Shown one piece after another: positions 17,578 to 27,401 of a stretch of DNA of 64,000 nucleotides. The DNA is from Candidatus Nealsonbacteria bacterium RIFOXYB1_FULL_40_15 (GTDB lineage Bacteria; Patescibacteriota; Minisyncoccia; Minisyncoccales; GWA2-38-27). Made by a program: the position numbers and the translations under genes. The DNA lies in contig MHMM01000004.1 of assembly GCA_001821555.1 (NCBI GenBank), positions 47,525 to 111,524 on the forward strand. Direction: 5' to 3'. Position 1 is the stretch's first letter. Each line of letters starts with the position of its first letter. The notes under the pieces were generated by a model that saw only the letters and a program-made list of their open reading frames with translations, did no database searches and was not told the origin of the DNA.

Positions 17578-20500
17578 ACCAGGGAGCAATTTCACGCCAG
17601 ATAGGAACAATGAACATTTGGGAAATAATGCTTGAAAAGTTATACCCTCCGCGGTTGGAAGATCTGACTCTATAATTTGCCTGATGCAAGGTTGGGTTCG
17701 TATCAGAACATTCCAAGGCCTGCTCGCAAACCAATTGCTGGCATTCTATTATACAGATAACTTCTGGACTGCTGAAATTAGGATCTTCGTCTTTGAAAAC
17801 CTCGTATGTCACAGGCCCCCCAGCCGGAGTAGTTGAAGATTCTGTCCATGAAAGATAGAAAAGAGCGTCGTTCACTTTTTCTCCCGAAAGAGAAAAGTTC
17901 CCGGGGGTCGCTATCGGAATGTTGATGGCTATGATATTGGATTCGGTCCTGCCATAAGGATTTTCTGCGACAATCTTATATTGATAAGTTTCTTCGTCTA
18001 AAAGAATCCTGTCTCCGCTAGAATCAATCCAAGATATGTTCCTGGGAATTTCAATTCCCGGAAGCTGGTCAACCTGGGAGAAGGGGCTTGAGGCTCTCCA
18101 TATCTCGTAGGTCTCCTCGTTTCCCGCGTCGGTCCAGTATATCCATACAAATCTGCCGTCTCCGGTTGATTTTACTCCCTCAAAATAAAGCTGCGGCGGA
18201 TTGGGAGGAACCGTAGAACAGTTCTGGGAATCTATCTGGCTGCTTTCGCTTGAAAAAACATACCCCATTGAACCGACTGCTTTTATTTTATAAACATAGG
18301 AGCTTCCCTCTACAATATTAAAGTCGGCATATTGTCCGGTAATGCTGGAAAATCCGGCATAAAGCTCGGAAAATTCTGTCTCCCCCGAAGTTAGATTTTT
18401 TCTCCAGATATCATAAAAAATAGTGTTTCCGGAAAGATCTTGGGGCCAGCTTATTTCTATTCTGGAACTATAACCATAGCAAACAGAAGCTACTGTTATA
18501 TTAAAGACCTGTCCGTCATAAGGAATATCCTGGCATAACTGAGAGGTTTCGGACACTGAATCAGAAAACGCATTCTCCCCTACGCCCACAGCTTCTATAA
18601 AATATTCATAATTAACTCCATTTTCAATATTGTAATCTTCGTAATAAGAAGATGCTGTGTCTGCTAAATGAAGAAAAGAAGTATCCCCCGCCCTTCTCCG
18701 GTAAATGCTCCAATAAGAAGTATTTGAGTCTGCCTGCCACGAAAGCATAAGAAAAGAACTTTCTTGCGCGCATCCTGAAGTAATTTGAAGATCTGGCTTT
18801 GCTGGCAGGCAAGAAAATCCTGTTATTAAAATTTCGTTTGAAAATCCGCTTTCAGCGTCAGCCCCAAATGCCTTAACCTTATAACCATAATTCCCGAGAT
18901 TAACTAGAGGCAGAATGCGGTTGGCAGAAAAAGCTGAATCTACCCATACAGATCCATTAATGGCCGCGTTATTTCCGTATCCGCTTTTATCGTAAGCAGC
19001 GCTGCCCGAACCTTCGTTAAGGTGAAGATCCACAGCCAATCCATAATCGTTTTCAGAAAACCCCGAATAAAGATTTTGCAATTCCTGATTGCTTAAAATC
19101 CGATTGTAAATACGGATTTCATCAAGCAGGCCCTGCCAGTATCCAGCATACTCATATCCTATGGTCAAAGGCCTTGAACTTGCTGAAGGATCTATTGTAT
19201 ATGAACAAGTGGTTGCCAAAACTCCATTTTTATAAATCTTAACTGTTTTATCAGATATATTTCTCACTGCCATGACATGAACCCAAGTATTATTTGAAAA
19301 TATATTAGAAGCGCTACAGCTCATATAGGGAGAAGTATTATTCTTTGCAGAACCATGGTAATAGGTTAATCTCCCGTTTGTTTCCATTGTAAAATTAAAT
19401 TCCCCGCCGTAGGCCTTGCCCAAAGGATTCTGCCTCCCTTTGGAAATATTTGCAGGATACGCCCAAAAAGAAACTGTCAAATTTCCTATTATTTGGAGAG
19501 AGCTTGCATTCGGAACCGAAAGATAATCATCAATTCCGTCAAATTGAAGGGAAAAGCTTCCCCTGTCGTAAAAAATGCTTCTTTCGGCCGAGTAAACAGA
19601 AACCGAGCTGTCAGGATTAGTCCTATAAATATTGTAAGAATGAGCGTTTTCGGGCTCTGTCCAAGAAAGTCCTGCGTAAGGTATATTATTCTGGCAAAAA
19701 AGTTCAGAACTTAAAACGGGAGAGGACGGAGCTAAACCGCAGCTATATGCAACCGTTGATTCTTCAGAAGAATCCAGCTGATTTCCATTCTGCCCAATTG
19801 TTTTTACAAAATAAGAGTGGCTGGAAAGGGGTAAAATTTCTGAATCGTTCCAAATTCTTGAAGAAAATTCCGGGTCTCCGATATCAACAGTTTTTACCAT
19901 AGCCGAATCCTTGTAAATCTCATATTTCAAAGTATTAAGCGGCGTGCTGTCTGTCCACCCTATCGTGTTTTTAGGAAAAACCGAATCACATCCCGCATAT
20001 ACATAAACTGCGGGGAGAGACGGAGAACAATATCCTGTCAAAAAAACAACCGGAACCGAAGGGCTGCTTGACCCTCCCGCCCCATAAGAAGAAACATAAT
20101 AAGTATAGCTTGAATTTACAATAACAGCGTTGTCCTGATAGGAAGAAAATTCTGTTGTTATAGGAAATGGACTGACGGAAGGACTTCTATAAAGAGTAAA
20201 ATAAAGAGTATTTTCCGGGACAGTCCAAGAAAGATCTATTCTCGGATAGGAATTCCCCGTTCCAGAACATACGAATGACCCTGTTAGAATAGAAGCGTCC
20301 GGAGCAACGCAAAGGGGTGTTTCAGCAGAAGCTAGTTGAGATTGCGACTCCCCGGCGGGCCCTATCGCTTTAATATGATAATTATATTCTGTTTGCTGGC
20401 TTAGGCCATTATCATTCCATATTCTTGAATAAAATTCAGGATCCTGCTGGTTTATTGTCTTAATAAGTCCCCTGACGCTGTCGTAAATCTCATATCTCTC

Positions 20501-23500
20501 TGTATTCATGGTATAAGACCAGGTAATTTCTGCTGAAGGAGTCCCGTCTTGGCAAAACGGCTCCGCATACAGGCCAGGAGAAGCCGGGGGGCAAATGGGA
20601 GCTTGGCTATTTACCATATTGGATAGTAAATTTCCTCCGTTATTTATAGCATTAACCTGCCAAGAATAATTTATTCCCGATTGTATTCCGTTATTTATCC
20701 AAATAGGATCATAAGCTTCAACAGAAAGGGAGGAACCCAAATAACCGTCATTTCCTCCGTTTGAACTGTCTGAAACCGATTGGCCAGATCCCTCATCAAA
20801 CCGCCAAAAACCCACAAGACCCGATTCGTTGTTATAAGTTCTTTGGTAATGCTCTGAAATCTCCAAAGCGCTTAATGCCCTATTATATATTCTCGGTTCG
20901 TCCATCGCTCCTTCAAATCTTTCGTTATAGTTGGTGGTAGCATACCTGCTTCCTATTCTCAAAGGAGATGTCCCTGAAGATATGTTTCCGACATAAGAAC
21001 GAGAACACCCCTGAACTCCGTTCACATAAATCCTTAAATAACTTCCGTCGTAAGTCATTGCTATATGATTCCATTTGTTCAGTTCGGCCAAATTAGTCGT
21101 AGTGCAAGATCTCAGTCCTCCGCTGTAAATATATCCTTGGACTTTTCCGGTATTATTCTCAAATCTCAAAATATACTGATCCGGATTTCTCTTGCTAAGA
21201 ATATTCCCATAATAGTAGAATTCTGTCGGGTATATCCACGCTTCCAGCGTTATTCTCTGGGGATTAAGACTGTCATCATTCGGAATATCCACATAATCGT
21301 AGTATCCGTCAAACTGCAAGGATCTTCCGTAACTTTCTTCAGTAAAAGGAGAAACGACTTGATTTTTAATAATTAGGTTGTTTCTTAAAATATTATAAGA
21401 AATAGCTCCTGCGCTCTGCGTCCAAGAAAGATCGGCATAAGGATAAGGACCCTGGCAGTAAAGCGCTGGCTCCGACAAAGAATAGCTACCCGGAAGAACA
21501 CAGTTATATGAAGCAATCTGATTGTATCCCGATGAAGATCTTTGGCTTCCAAAATATCCCACAGCATCTACTTTATATCTGTATGTTTGAGAGGGATTTA
21601 TTGTCTGGTCCTGCCAATTTTTTATTGCAGGATCAGTTATAGTATGAATAGGTATGGTCAAGCTGTAATCCTCCCTGAATATCTCATATTTTAAAGTATA
21701 GTTGCCGTCAGTTATCCAAGAAAGATTTACCGCCGGATTTTGGTTTATGCAAGCAGAAGACAAAGAAAGAATAGGAAGCGTAGGGAGGCAAGATAATGTT
21801 GATATGCTTTGCGGATCGGAATTTCCCGGAACAGTTCCTGAAGGGCCCCTTGAAATCACTTTGTAGTAATATAGGGTTGAGGTGGAAACATTTGAGTCTC
21901 TCCATTCTCTGCTGGAGAATTCAGGAGACCCCTGCTGAAAAGCGGCCAGCAAAGCCATATTTTCAGACGAACTGCCTCTGTGTATTTCATAAGACAAAGT
22001 ATTTGAACTTTCTGACCAGGAAAGATCAACATAAGACAGACCGCTCGCGCAACCCTGCGATAAAGTTAAAACTGAATCGGAGGGATCGTCACAATCTGCA
22101 GCCACAATAGTACGCGCGTTATCAGAAAAAACACTTGCGCCTCCAGAACCATAAGCAATAACATAATAAGTATATTCGTATCCATTCTGAACAGAGCTGT
22201 CTATATAAGAAGTTTCTAGAAGATTGGACAATGCAGACCCGTTCCTAAAAATACTGTAGTAGGTTACATTATCAGAAAAACTCCATTCGTTTCTTATATT
22301 TGACATTCCGTTTACACAATAAGTTTCCGGTTCCTCTAAAAATGGGGGCGGAGAAGGAGGGGCTATGGTCGCGCAATCAATACTTTCCGAAGTTTGATTT
22401 GAAAATAAGTTTGAGAAGTTGCTTCCGACAGCTTCCACCTGATATGAATATAAACAGGCCTGGCCGGGACAAAGATCCAGATCCATATAGTCTGTATAAG
22501 ACTCAGAGCTTGCTTGATATATAAATTGGCTGTTCCTATAAATATTATAATTGCTGGCTCCCTGTGTTTTTGTCCAAGAAAGCCTAAAGCTGAATTCATC
22601 GCAATTATTTTGAATGGACAAAAAGGGTTGGCATCTTGGAATTAAAAGGTCGCTTGGACTTGAATTTTCTGCAGCTCCCGCCCAAACAGCTCTCACAAAA
22701 TAAGATGCTTGAGATCCTTCCTGCCAATAATTTTCCAAACTCAAAGACAGGTTATCCGTATAGGAGTTAAGAGAAGTGGATCCCAAAAGAATATATTCTG
22801 AAGCCGAAGGATTTTTTCGGTAAATTTGATACTGCTGGACTCCAAAAAGACTGGTCCATGCAAGAGACACAGAAGGTCCTCCCGGAGACGCCGAAAGACA
22901 GCTTGAAGATACGTTTAAAATAGGAGCGCAAGCTGGCGCAGGAGCAGATTCTTGGTTTGAAGAAGCTAATCCTTGGTCCCAAATAGCTTTTATCTGATAC
23001 GAGTATGTCAAAGCCGCTTCCAGATTAGGTCCGTCCGAAAAAGAAGTTTCCTCTACTTCGGTTATTTTCTGGCCGTTCTTATAGATATCATATCTCAATA
23101 CATCTCCTTCAGCTTGGTTCCAGCTCAAAGAAATTTCAGGACCCGAATCCTGGCAGGAAGAAGAAATCTCTAAAGCCGGAGCGCAAAAAATAGGAGATAC
23201 GCTTTTCTCTTCAGAATAGATCTCTCCCGATCTAATTTGATAAGTATAACTTTCTCCGCTTTCAGCCGAAACATCTGTATAGGATAAATTAGGAGTTGCC
23301 TCTAATTCAACAAACACTAGAGAATCTTGGGATTTTCTAAAAATAGAGAAAGAATTCCCTTGGGGCAAATCAGAAGTCCAGGAAAGGATTGCTTGAGCCG
23401 AAGAACCAAAACATTCTGGCTGTGCAGTATCAAAATTTATTGTCTCTGCTGAAAATACGAAGAAGGGCCAGAGAAAAAAAAGAATAAAGGTTATAAGAAT

Positions 23501-23515
23501 GCTTTTGTTTTTCAC
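17576..23515 (-). CDS. Giant secreted/cell-surface protein (1979 aa) with multiple fibronectin-III-like repeats and two LamG/concanavalin-A-like domains
   Basis: Signal peptide (MKNKSILITFILFFLWPFFVFSA), then more than 12 repeats of the LSW...Y.IYR FN3 signature. Two LamG-like blocks follow: LQFDGYYDYVDIPNDDSLNPQRITLEAWIYP...LRIYVNGV, and LQFDGIDDYLSVPNASSLQIIGNLTVSFWAYP...VKIYKNGV. The protein is rich in S/T/N. Confidence 0.8.
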   Translation of the reverse strand: MKNKSILITFILFFLWPFFVFSAETINFDTAQPECFGSSAQAILSWTSDLPQGNSFSIFRKSQDSLVFVELEATPNLSYTDVSAESGESYTYQIRSGEIYSEEKSVSPIFCAPALEISSSCQDSGPEISLSWNQAEGDVLRYDIYKNGQKITEVEETSFSDGPNLEAALTYSYQIKAIWDQGLASSNQESAPAPACAPILNVSSSCLSASPGGPSVSLAWTSLFGVQQYQIYRKNPSASEYILLGSTSLNSYTDNLSLSLENYWQEGSQASYFVRAVWAGAAENSSPSDLLIPRCQPFLSIQNNCDEFSFRLSWTKTQGASNYNIYRNSQFIYQASSESYTDYMDLDLCPGQACLYSYQVEAVGSNFSNLFSNQTSESIDCATIAPPSPPPFLEEPETYCVNGMSNIRNEWSFSDNVTYYSIFRNGSALSNLLETSYIDSSVQNGYEYTYYVIAYGSGGASVFSDNARTIVAADCDDPSDSVLTLSQGCASGLSYVDLSWSESSNTLSYEIHRGSSSENMALLAAFQQGSPEFSSREWRDSNVSTSTLYYYKVISRGPSGTVPGNSDPQSISTLSCLPTLPILSLSSACINQNPAVNLSWITDGNYTLKYEIFREDYSLTIPIHTITDPAIKNWQDQTINPSQTYRYKVDAVGYFGSQRSSSGYNQIASYNCVLPGSYSLSEPALYCQGPYPYADLSWTQSAGAISYNILRNNLIIKNQVVSPFTEESYGRSLQFDGYYDYVDIPNDDSLNPQRITLEAWIYPTEFYYYGNILSKRNPDQYILRFENNTGKVQGYIYSGGLRSCTTTNLAELNKWNHIAMTYDGSYLRIYVNGVQGCSRSYVGNISSGTSPLRIGSRYATTNYNERFEGAMDEPRIYNRALSALEISEHYQRTYNNESGLVGFWRFDEGSGQSVSDSSNGGNDGYLGSSLSVEAYDPIWINNGIQSGINYSWQVNAINNGGNLLSNMVNSQAPICPPASPGLYAEPFCQDGTPSAEITWSYTMNTERYEIYDSVRGLIKTINQQDPEFYSRIWNDNGLSQQTEYNYHIKAIGPAGESQSQLASAETPLCVAPDASILTGSFVCSGTGNSYPRIDLSWTVPENTLYFTLYRSPSVSPFPITTEFSSYQDNAVIVNSSYTYYVSSYGAGGSSSPSVPVVFLTGYCSPSLPAVYVYAGCDSVFPKNTIGWTDSTPLNTLKYEIYKDSAMVKTVDIGDPEFSSRIWNDSEILPLSSHSYFVKTIGQNGNQLDSSEESTVAYSCGLAPSSPVLSSELFCQNNIPYAGLSWTEPENAHSYNIYRTNPDSSVSVYSAERSIFYDRGSFSLQFDGIDDYLSVPNASSLQIIGNLTVSFWAYPANISKGRQNPLGKAYGGEFNFTMETNGRLTYYHGSAKNNTSPYMSCSASNIFSNNTWVHVMAVRNISDKTVKIYKNGVLATTCSYTIDPSASSRPLTIGYEYAGYWQGLLDEIRIYNRILSNQELQNLYSGFSENDYGLAVDLHLNEGSGSAAYDKSGYGNNAAINGSVWVDSAFSANRILPLVNLGNYGYKVKAFGADAESGFSNEILITGFSCLPAKPDLQITSGCAQESSFLMLSWQADSNTSYWSIYRRRAGDTSFLHLADTASSYYEDYNIENGVNYEYFIEAVGVGENAFSDSVSETSQLCQDIPYDGQVFNITVASVCYGYSSRIEISWPQDLSGNTIFYDIWRKNLTSGETEFSELYAGFSSITGQYADFNIVEGSSYVYKIKAVGSMGYVFSSESSQIDSQNCSTVPPNPPQLYFEGVKSTGDGRFVWIYWTDAGNEETYEIWRASSPFSQVDQLPGIEIPRNISWIDSSGDRILLDEETYQYKIVAENPYGRTESNIIAINIPIATPGNFSLSGEKVNDALFYLSWTESSTTPAGGPVTYEVFKDEDPNFSSPEVICIIECQQLVCEQALECSDTNPTLHQANYRVRSSNRGGYNFSSIISQMFIVPIWREIAPW

Positions 23516-24042
23516 AAGCTTGAAGGCATAATTCTTATTCTTACGGCTTCAAATTCCGCATCTTGGGATATATCTCTGTTTGATACTATTTCAACCGAAT
23601 CCCCCACTTTAAGATCAGTAAAACTTATAGAGGTTTCTTGGATTACCTTCTTGTTCTCTTCTCCCGTATTCTTTAGAGAGAGCATAGTAAACTTTGTTGC
23701 AGAATTCACCAATGCTTTTCTTTGTTCTGACTTTTGAAGAGGTTCTCCTTCGTCTCCCAAATAAGGTATGCGGGCCTTAAATACAATCGCGTTCTGTCCT
23801 ATCTTTTCTATGACTCCTGTAAGATTGTACAGCACTTTAGGAAGGGTGACTTTCGGTTTAACAGAAACTACTTCAGAGCCCAGCCGGGATTCTATCTCTG
23901 ATATTTTCTTTGAGAGATTGTAGTTATAGGAAAGAATCACGGCGAAAAGCGCGATAAAAACAATTACCGACAAAATAATTATAAAAAGCTTCAAGTGCTT
24001 TTTCTTAACGAAGAAAACTTTTCCATGTATTTGATAGAACAT
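23512..24042 (-). CDS. Hypothetical membrane-anchored protein co-transcribed with the giant surface protein
   Basis: 176 aa with an N-terminal TM. It overlaps the giant gene start by 4 nt. Confidence 0.45.
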   Translation of the reverse strand: MFYQIHGKVFFVKKKHLKLFIIILSVIVFIALFAVILSYNYNLSKKISEIESRLGSEVVSVKPKVTLPKVLYNLTGVIEKIGQNAIVFKARIPYLGDEGEPLQKSEQRKALVNSATKFTMLSLKNTGEENKKVIQETSISFTDLKVGDSVEIVSNRDISQDAEFEAVRIRIMPSSL

Positions 24043-24120
24043 TTTTTTATTTTACTTTATATTCTATTCATTCTAAACAAAAACAGGGAAATGTTAAGGA
24101 AGTTATCCACAGATCTAATT

Positions 24121-24194
24121 TGTGGGCAGTACAGGATTTGAACCTGTGACCCCTGCAATGTGAATGCAATGCTCTGCCGCTGAGCTAACTGCCC
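24121..24194 (-). tRNA. tRNA-Val (anticodon CAC)
   Basis: Reverse complement GGGCAGTTAGCTCAGCGGCAGAGCATTGCATTCACATTGCAGGGGTCACAGGTTCAAATCCTGTACTGCCCACA folds as a cloverleaf with T-loop TTCAAAT and anticodon loop TTCACAT. A short hairpin, CCACAGATCTAATTTGTGG, overlaps the 3' end. Confidence 0.75.
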
Positions 24195-24252
24195 CTTTTC
24201 CACTTCATTTGTCTCTCTCTATCTGCTATCATATTATAATAAAAGCATCAAA

Positions 24253-25992
24253 ATGCAAATTTTTGAATTTCATTTCAATCCGAAAAATAAGAGCTTTGAA
24301 ACATATATTTTTGAACCGGAAAATGCTTTGGAAAGAAAGCTCGGAGGCCTATATATGGCCGGGGAAATCAAGAACGGACTGCCCAAAAAAAGCATTGAGC
24401 TTCTTAACGGACTAGCAAAGACTGTCAAAAAGAGCTATTACTCGGGAAAAACACCGGATAAGGCCCTCTCTTTTGCATTAAAATCTGCCAACGAGCATCT
24501 GGGAAAAGAAATAAAAGAAGAAAACGTCAACTGGCTTGGAAACCTGAACTTCGCCGCCTGCTCCTTAAAAGATTCCGATCTTTCTTTCACTCTTGCAGGA
24601 GATATAAAAATAATACTGATAAGACAGGGAGAGATAATAAATATAGGAAAGAACCTTAATCTTGAAGGAATGAATCCTTATCCCTTAAAAATCTTTCTTA
24701 ATGTAGCTTCGGGCAAAACGGCCCAGAACGACATTTTAATTATATCCACCAAAGACCTGCTTGAATTTATAAAAGAAAATGGAGTCCTTTCAAGTATCGC
24801 TAAGTCGGGAAGCATCAGCGAAAAGAAAATAAAAGAGCTCCTTCCGCACTCCTTATTTTCCAAGGGCCAAGGATCAAAGATATCCGGAGCTTGCCTAATA
24901 TTTATTTTCGGAGAAGAAAAAAAGAACGCTTTCAGAGATTTTTTTCAGAAAGAATCGCTGAAGATTCCCAAAATAAGTAACCCTTTTGTTTCTCTGAAAA
25001 ATCCCGCCATAGAGAAGCTTAAGCCCAGAAAAAAGTTTAATAAAGCAGGGCTGATAGTATTATTAATCGTTCTTTTGGCATCGGGGTTCTTTCTTTTTAA
25101 AAATGTCCCTGCGAGGCAAGATAAAACTTATGAAACCTTAGAACAAAAGTTCAGAGAGGCCGAGGGATATCTAGTGATAAAAGAGCCCGAAAAAGCCAAT
25201 GCATTGCTTAAGGAAATTTTAAGAGAAATTTCAGACGTTGATATTCCAATAAGAGAAAAGGTAAAAAAACATCTTGAAACATTAAATCCTTTAGAAGAAG
25301 CTGATTTAAAATTAGAGCTAAAGTTAGAAGAATCAGGCCTTGGGCTTGATAGAATATTCTGTTCAGAAAGCATATATTTTTATAAGAAGGGCTCTGATAT
25401 AATAATCAGGGATGGAAAAGAAAAAATTGAACTATTAAAATCGGTTTCCGGAATGAGCGATGGTTTTGTTTTTTCGGGTCCTGAAACTCTTGTCTATCCT
25501 GACCAAGGATTATGGAAGGAAAGAAAATTAGAAAATATGGAAAACGGGCTTTTCTTCTCCTATTTTTCCAACCTTTATTTTATTGATAAATGCAAAATCA
25601 AAAAATACTCCTACCTGGGAAATTTAGAATGGTCTAGTCCTCAAGATTGGCTGAATAAAAATCTTGAGTCGTGCTCTGCCAAATCATTTGCGGTAGATGG
25701 ATCCATATGGATCCTGAATGAAGACAATACAATAGACAAATATTACGCAGGAGCGTTTCAGCAGAAGATATACCTTGATATCTATCCTTTTATAAACCAA
25801 ATATCTAAAATAGAAACAAATTCTTCTCTCCCCTATCTTTTGATTTCAGACAAAGAAAGGATTATCTTTGTTGAAAAATCTTCGGGGCGGATCTCAAAAC
25901 AGGTTTCAATGCCGAGTTTGGTTGATTTCTCTATTTCTGGAAATACTCTATATATTTTCAACGGATCTGAAGTCTTTTCTACGGATATTTAA
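24253..25992 (+). CDS. Hypothetical bitopic protein (cytoplasmic N-domain, single TM, C-terminal extracytoplasmic domain)
   Basis: 579 aa with a TM at AGLIVLLIVLLASGFFLF. No confident family. Confidence 0.45.
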   Translation: MQIFEFHFNPKNKSFETYIFEPENALERKLGGLYMAGEIKNGLPKKSIELLNGLAKTVKKSYYSGKTPDKALSFALKSANEHLGKEIKEENVNWLGNLNFAACSLKDSDLSFTLAGDIKIILIRQGEIINIGKNLNLEGMNPYPLKIFLNVASGKTAQNDILIISTKDLLEFIKENGVLSSIAKSGSISEKKIKELLPHSLFSKGQGSKISGACLIFIFGEEKKNAFRDFFQKESLKIPKISNPFVSLKNPAIEKLKPRKKFNKAGLIVLLIVLLASGFFLFKNVPARQDKTYETLEQKFREAEGYLVIKEPEKANALLKEILREISDVDIPIREKVKKHLETLNPLEEADLKLELKLEESGLGLDRIFCSESIYFYKKGSDIIIRDGKEKIELLKSVSGMSDGFVFSGPETLVYPDQGLWKERKLENMENGLFFSYFSNLYFIDKCKIKKYSYLGNLEWSSPQDWLNKNLESCSAKSFAVDGSIWILNEDNTIDKYYAGAFQQKIYLDIYPFINQISKIETNSSLPYLLISDKERIIFVEKSSGRISKQVSMPSLVDFSISGNTLYIFNGSEVFSTDI

Positions 25993-26246
25993 TATCCTTT
26001 GGCGTTTTTTACCATCGCAATATAGATCAAGAGCATAGAAAAGAAAAAAACAGGGAGAATTATTTTTGAATAGTGGCACTGGCCTAAGAATGCATACATT
26101 GATATCAAAGAAAAAACCAGCACAGCCCACCAGGCCTTATTCGTTTCAATAAATCCTTTTTTAACGGAATAAAAAAATATCAAAAGCAGAATTCCTGAAA
26201 AAAACAGGAGGAATGAACACATATATAGGGCAATTATATCAAACAA
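25989..26246 (-). CDS. Hypothetical small membrane protein
   Basis: 85 aa with three hydrophobic segments. It lies downstream of the rplL terminator. Confidence 0.3.
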   Translation of the reverse strand: MFDIIALYMCSFLLFFSGILLLIFFYSVKKGFIETNKAWWAVLVFSLISMYAFLGQCHYSKIILPVFFFSMLLIYIAMVKNAKGY

Positions 26247-26270
26247 AAAACCCCTTGCAAGGGGCTTTTG
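26243..26270 (-). terminator. Bidirectional rho-independent terminator after rplL
   Basis: CCCCTTGCAAGGGG hairpin flanked by A6 on one side and CTTTTGTTTATTT on the other. Confidence 0.75.
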
Positions 26271-26271
26271 T

Positions 26272-26685
26272 TTATTTCAGCTCTACAGATGCTCCGGCAG
26301 CTTCAAATTTCTTCTTTAATTCTTCCGCTTCTTCTTTTTTTGCTCCCTCTTTTACTGTTTGAGGGGCAGATGAAGCGGCATCAACCATGTCTTTTGCTTC
26401 TTTTAATCCTTTTCCGGTTATATCCCTCACTACCTTTATAACCTCTATCTTTTTGTCTCCTACTCCCTTTAAGACAATGTTAAATTCCGATTTCTCTTCC
26501 GTTGCCTCGCCGGAACTTCCAGCGGAGGCGGGAGCTGCCATAGCGACAGGCGCAGCTGCTGAAACTCCGAACTTTTTCTCAAGAACTTTCACAAGTTCTG
26601 AAAGATCAAGAACAGACATCTTCTCTATCTCTTCTACTAAGCTTTTGAATTTTGCGGGAACTTCCACTTTTTCTTCTTCTGCCAT
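26272..26685 (-). CDS. rplL: 50S ribosomal protein L7/L12
   Basis: 137 aa with a flexible Ala/Pro hinge and a conserved C-terminal domain, [13 protein letters not shown]...[15 protein letters not shown]. Confidence 0.9.
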   Translation of the reverse strand: MAEEEKVEVPAKFKSLVEEIEKMSVLDLSELVKVLEKKFGVSAAAPVAMAAPASAGSSGEATEEKSEFNIVLKGVGDKKIEVIKVVRDITGKGLKEAKDMVDAASSAPQTVKEGAKKEEAEELKKKFEAAGASVELK

Positions 26686-26687
26686 AT

Positions 26688-27200
26688 TTATTTCTTAATT
26701 GCGCTTAATGCGTAAACTAAGTTTCTTAAATTTCCGTGTAAGCAGCTCACAAGCCCTGAAACAGGGCTTGAAAGGCTTCCTGCGACCTTTGCCAAGAGCT
26801 CTGCTCTTGAAGGAATTTTTGCTAAATTCACTACGTCATCAGCTGTTATTATATTATTCTCAAAAAATCCGGCTAGGATTTTCAAATTCTCTTTTTCTTT
26901 GGATGTTTCATAGCTAACCTTTGAGGGAGAAAACTCATCCTCAAATCCCAATACTAACGCAACCTGTCCCTCAAGCTCCCTGGGATTGTATTCAATTCCC
27001 TTTTTCTTGAAAGCAAGCCCCAGAAGGGTTTTTTTGGCCACCGAAAGCTTGCATCCTTTTTCCTTAAGCTTCTTTCTAAAAGCGCTCAAGTCCTGATATT
27101 TCATTCCTTTGTAATCTACAAAAACCATTGATTTCTGCTTATCAAGGCTTTCGCTAAGAACTTTCAATATGCTTTTCTTCTGATCTTTTGTTTGGGGCAT
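26688..27200 (-). CDS. rplJ: 50S ribosomal protein L10
   Basis: 170 aa. It sits immediately upstream of rplL with a typical uL10 N-terminus, [15 protein letters not shown]... Confidence 0.85.
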   Translation of the reverse strand: MPQTKDQKKSILKVLSESLDKQKSMVFVDYKGMKYQDLSAFRKKLKEKGCKLSVAKKTLLGLAFKKKGIEYNPRELEGQVALVLGFEDEFSPSKVSYETSKEKENLKILAGFFENNIITADDVVNLAKIPSRAELLAKVAGSLSSPVSGLVSCLHGNLRNLVYALSAIKK

Positions 27201-27360
27201 AAAAAAATCTGTGTTTCCACAGACAAAACGAGTTTTAACTTGGCTCGCCGTAGCTTTAGCGAAGGCGGCTCCTCGGCAGGATATTTAATTATCCGCCTTC
27301 GCCCCAATTATATCGGGACTATGGCGAGACAAGCCTGCTGTCTATGGATTCTTTATTATG
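27201..27360 (-). promoter_or_regulatory. Putative rplJ (L10) leader with GC-rich hairpins
   Basis: A structured 5' region upstream of rplJ includes GCGAAGGCGG...CCGCCTTCGC and GGCTCGCC...GGCGAGAC pairings, consistent with the autoregulatory L10 leader. Not verified by a covariance model. Confidence 0.3.
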
Positions 27361-27401
27361 TTCTTATATTACTTATTCAAAAACTTCTGTCAATACCCTC
27401 T

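Noticed and set aside
18624-22982. Short ORFs on both strands inside the giant surface-protein gene
   Set aside because: Overlapping or antisense frames within a well-supported 1979-aa CDS.
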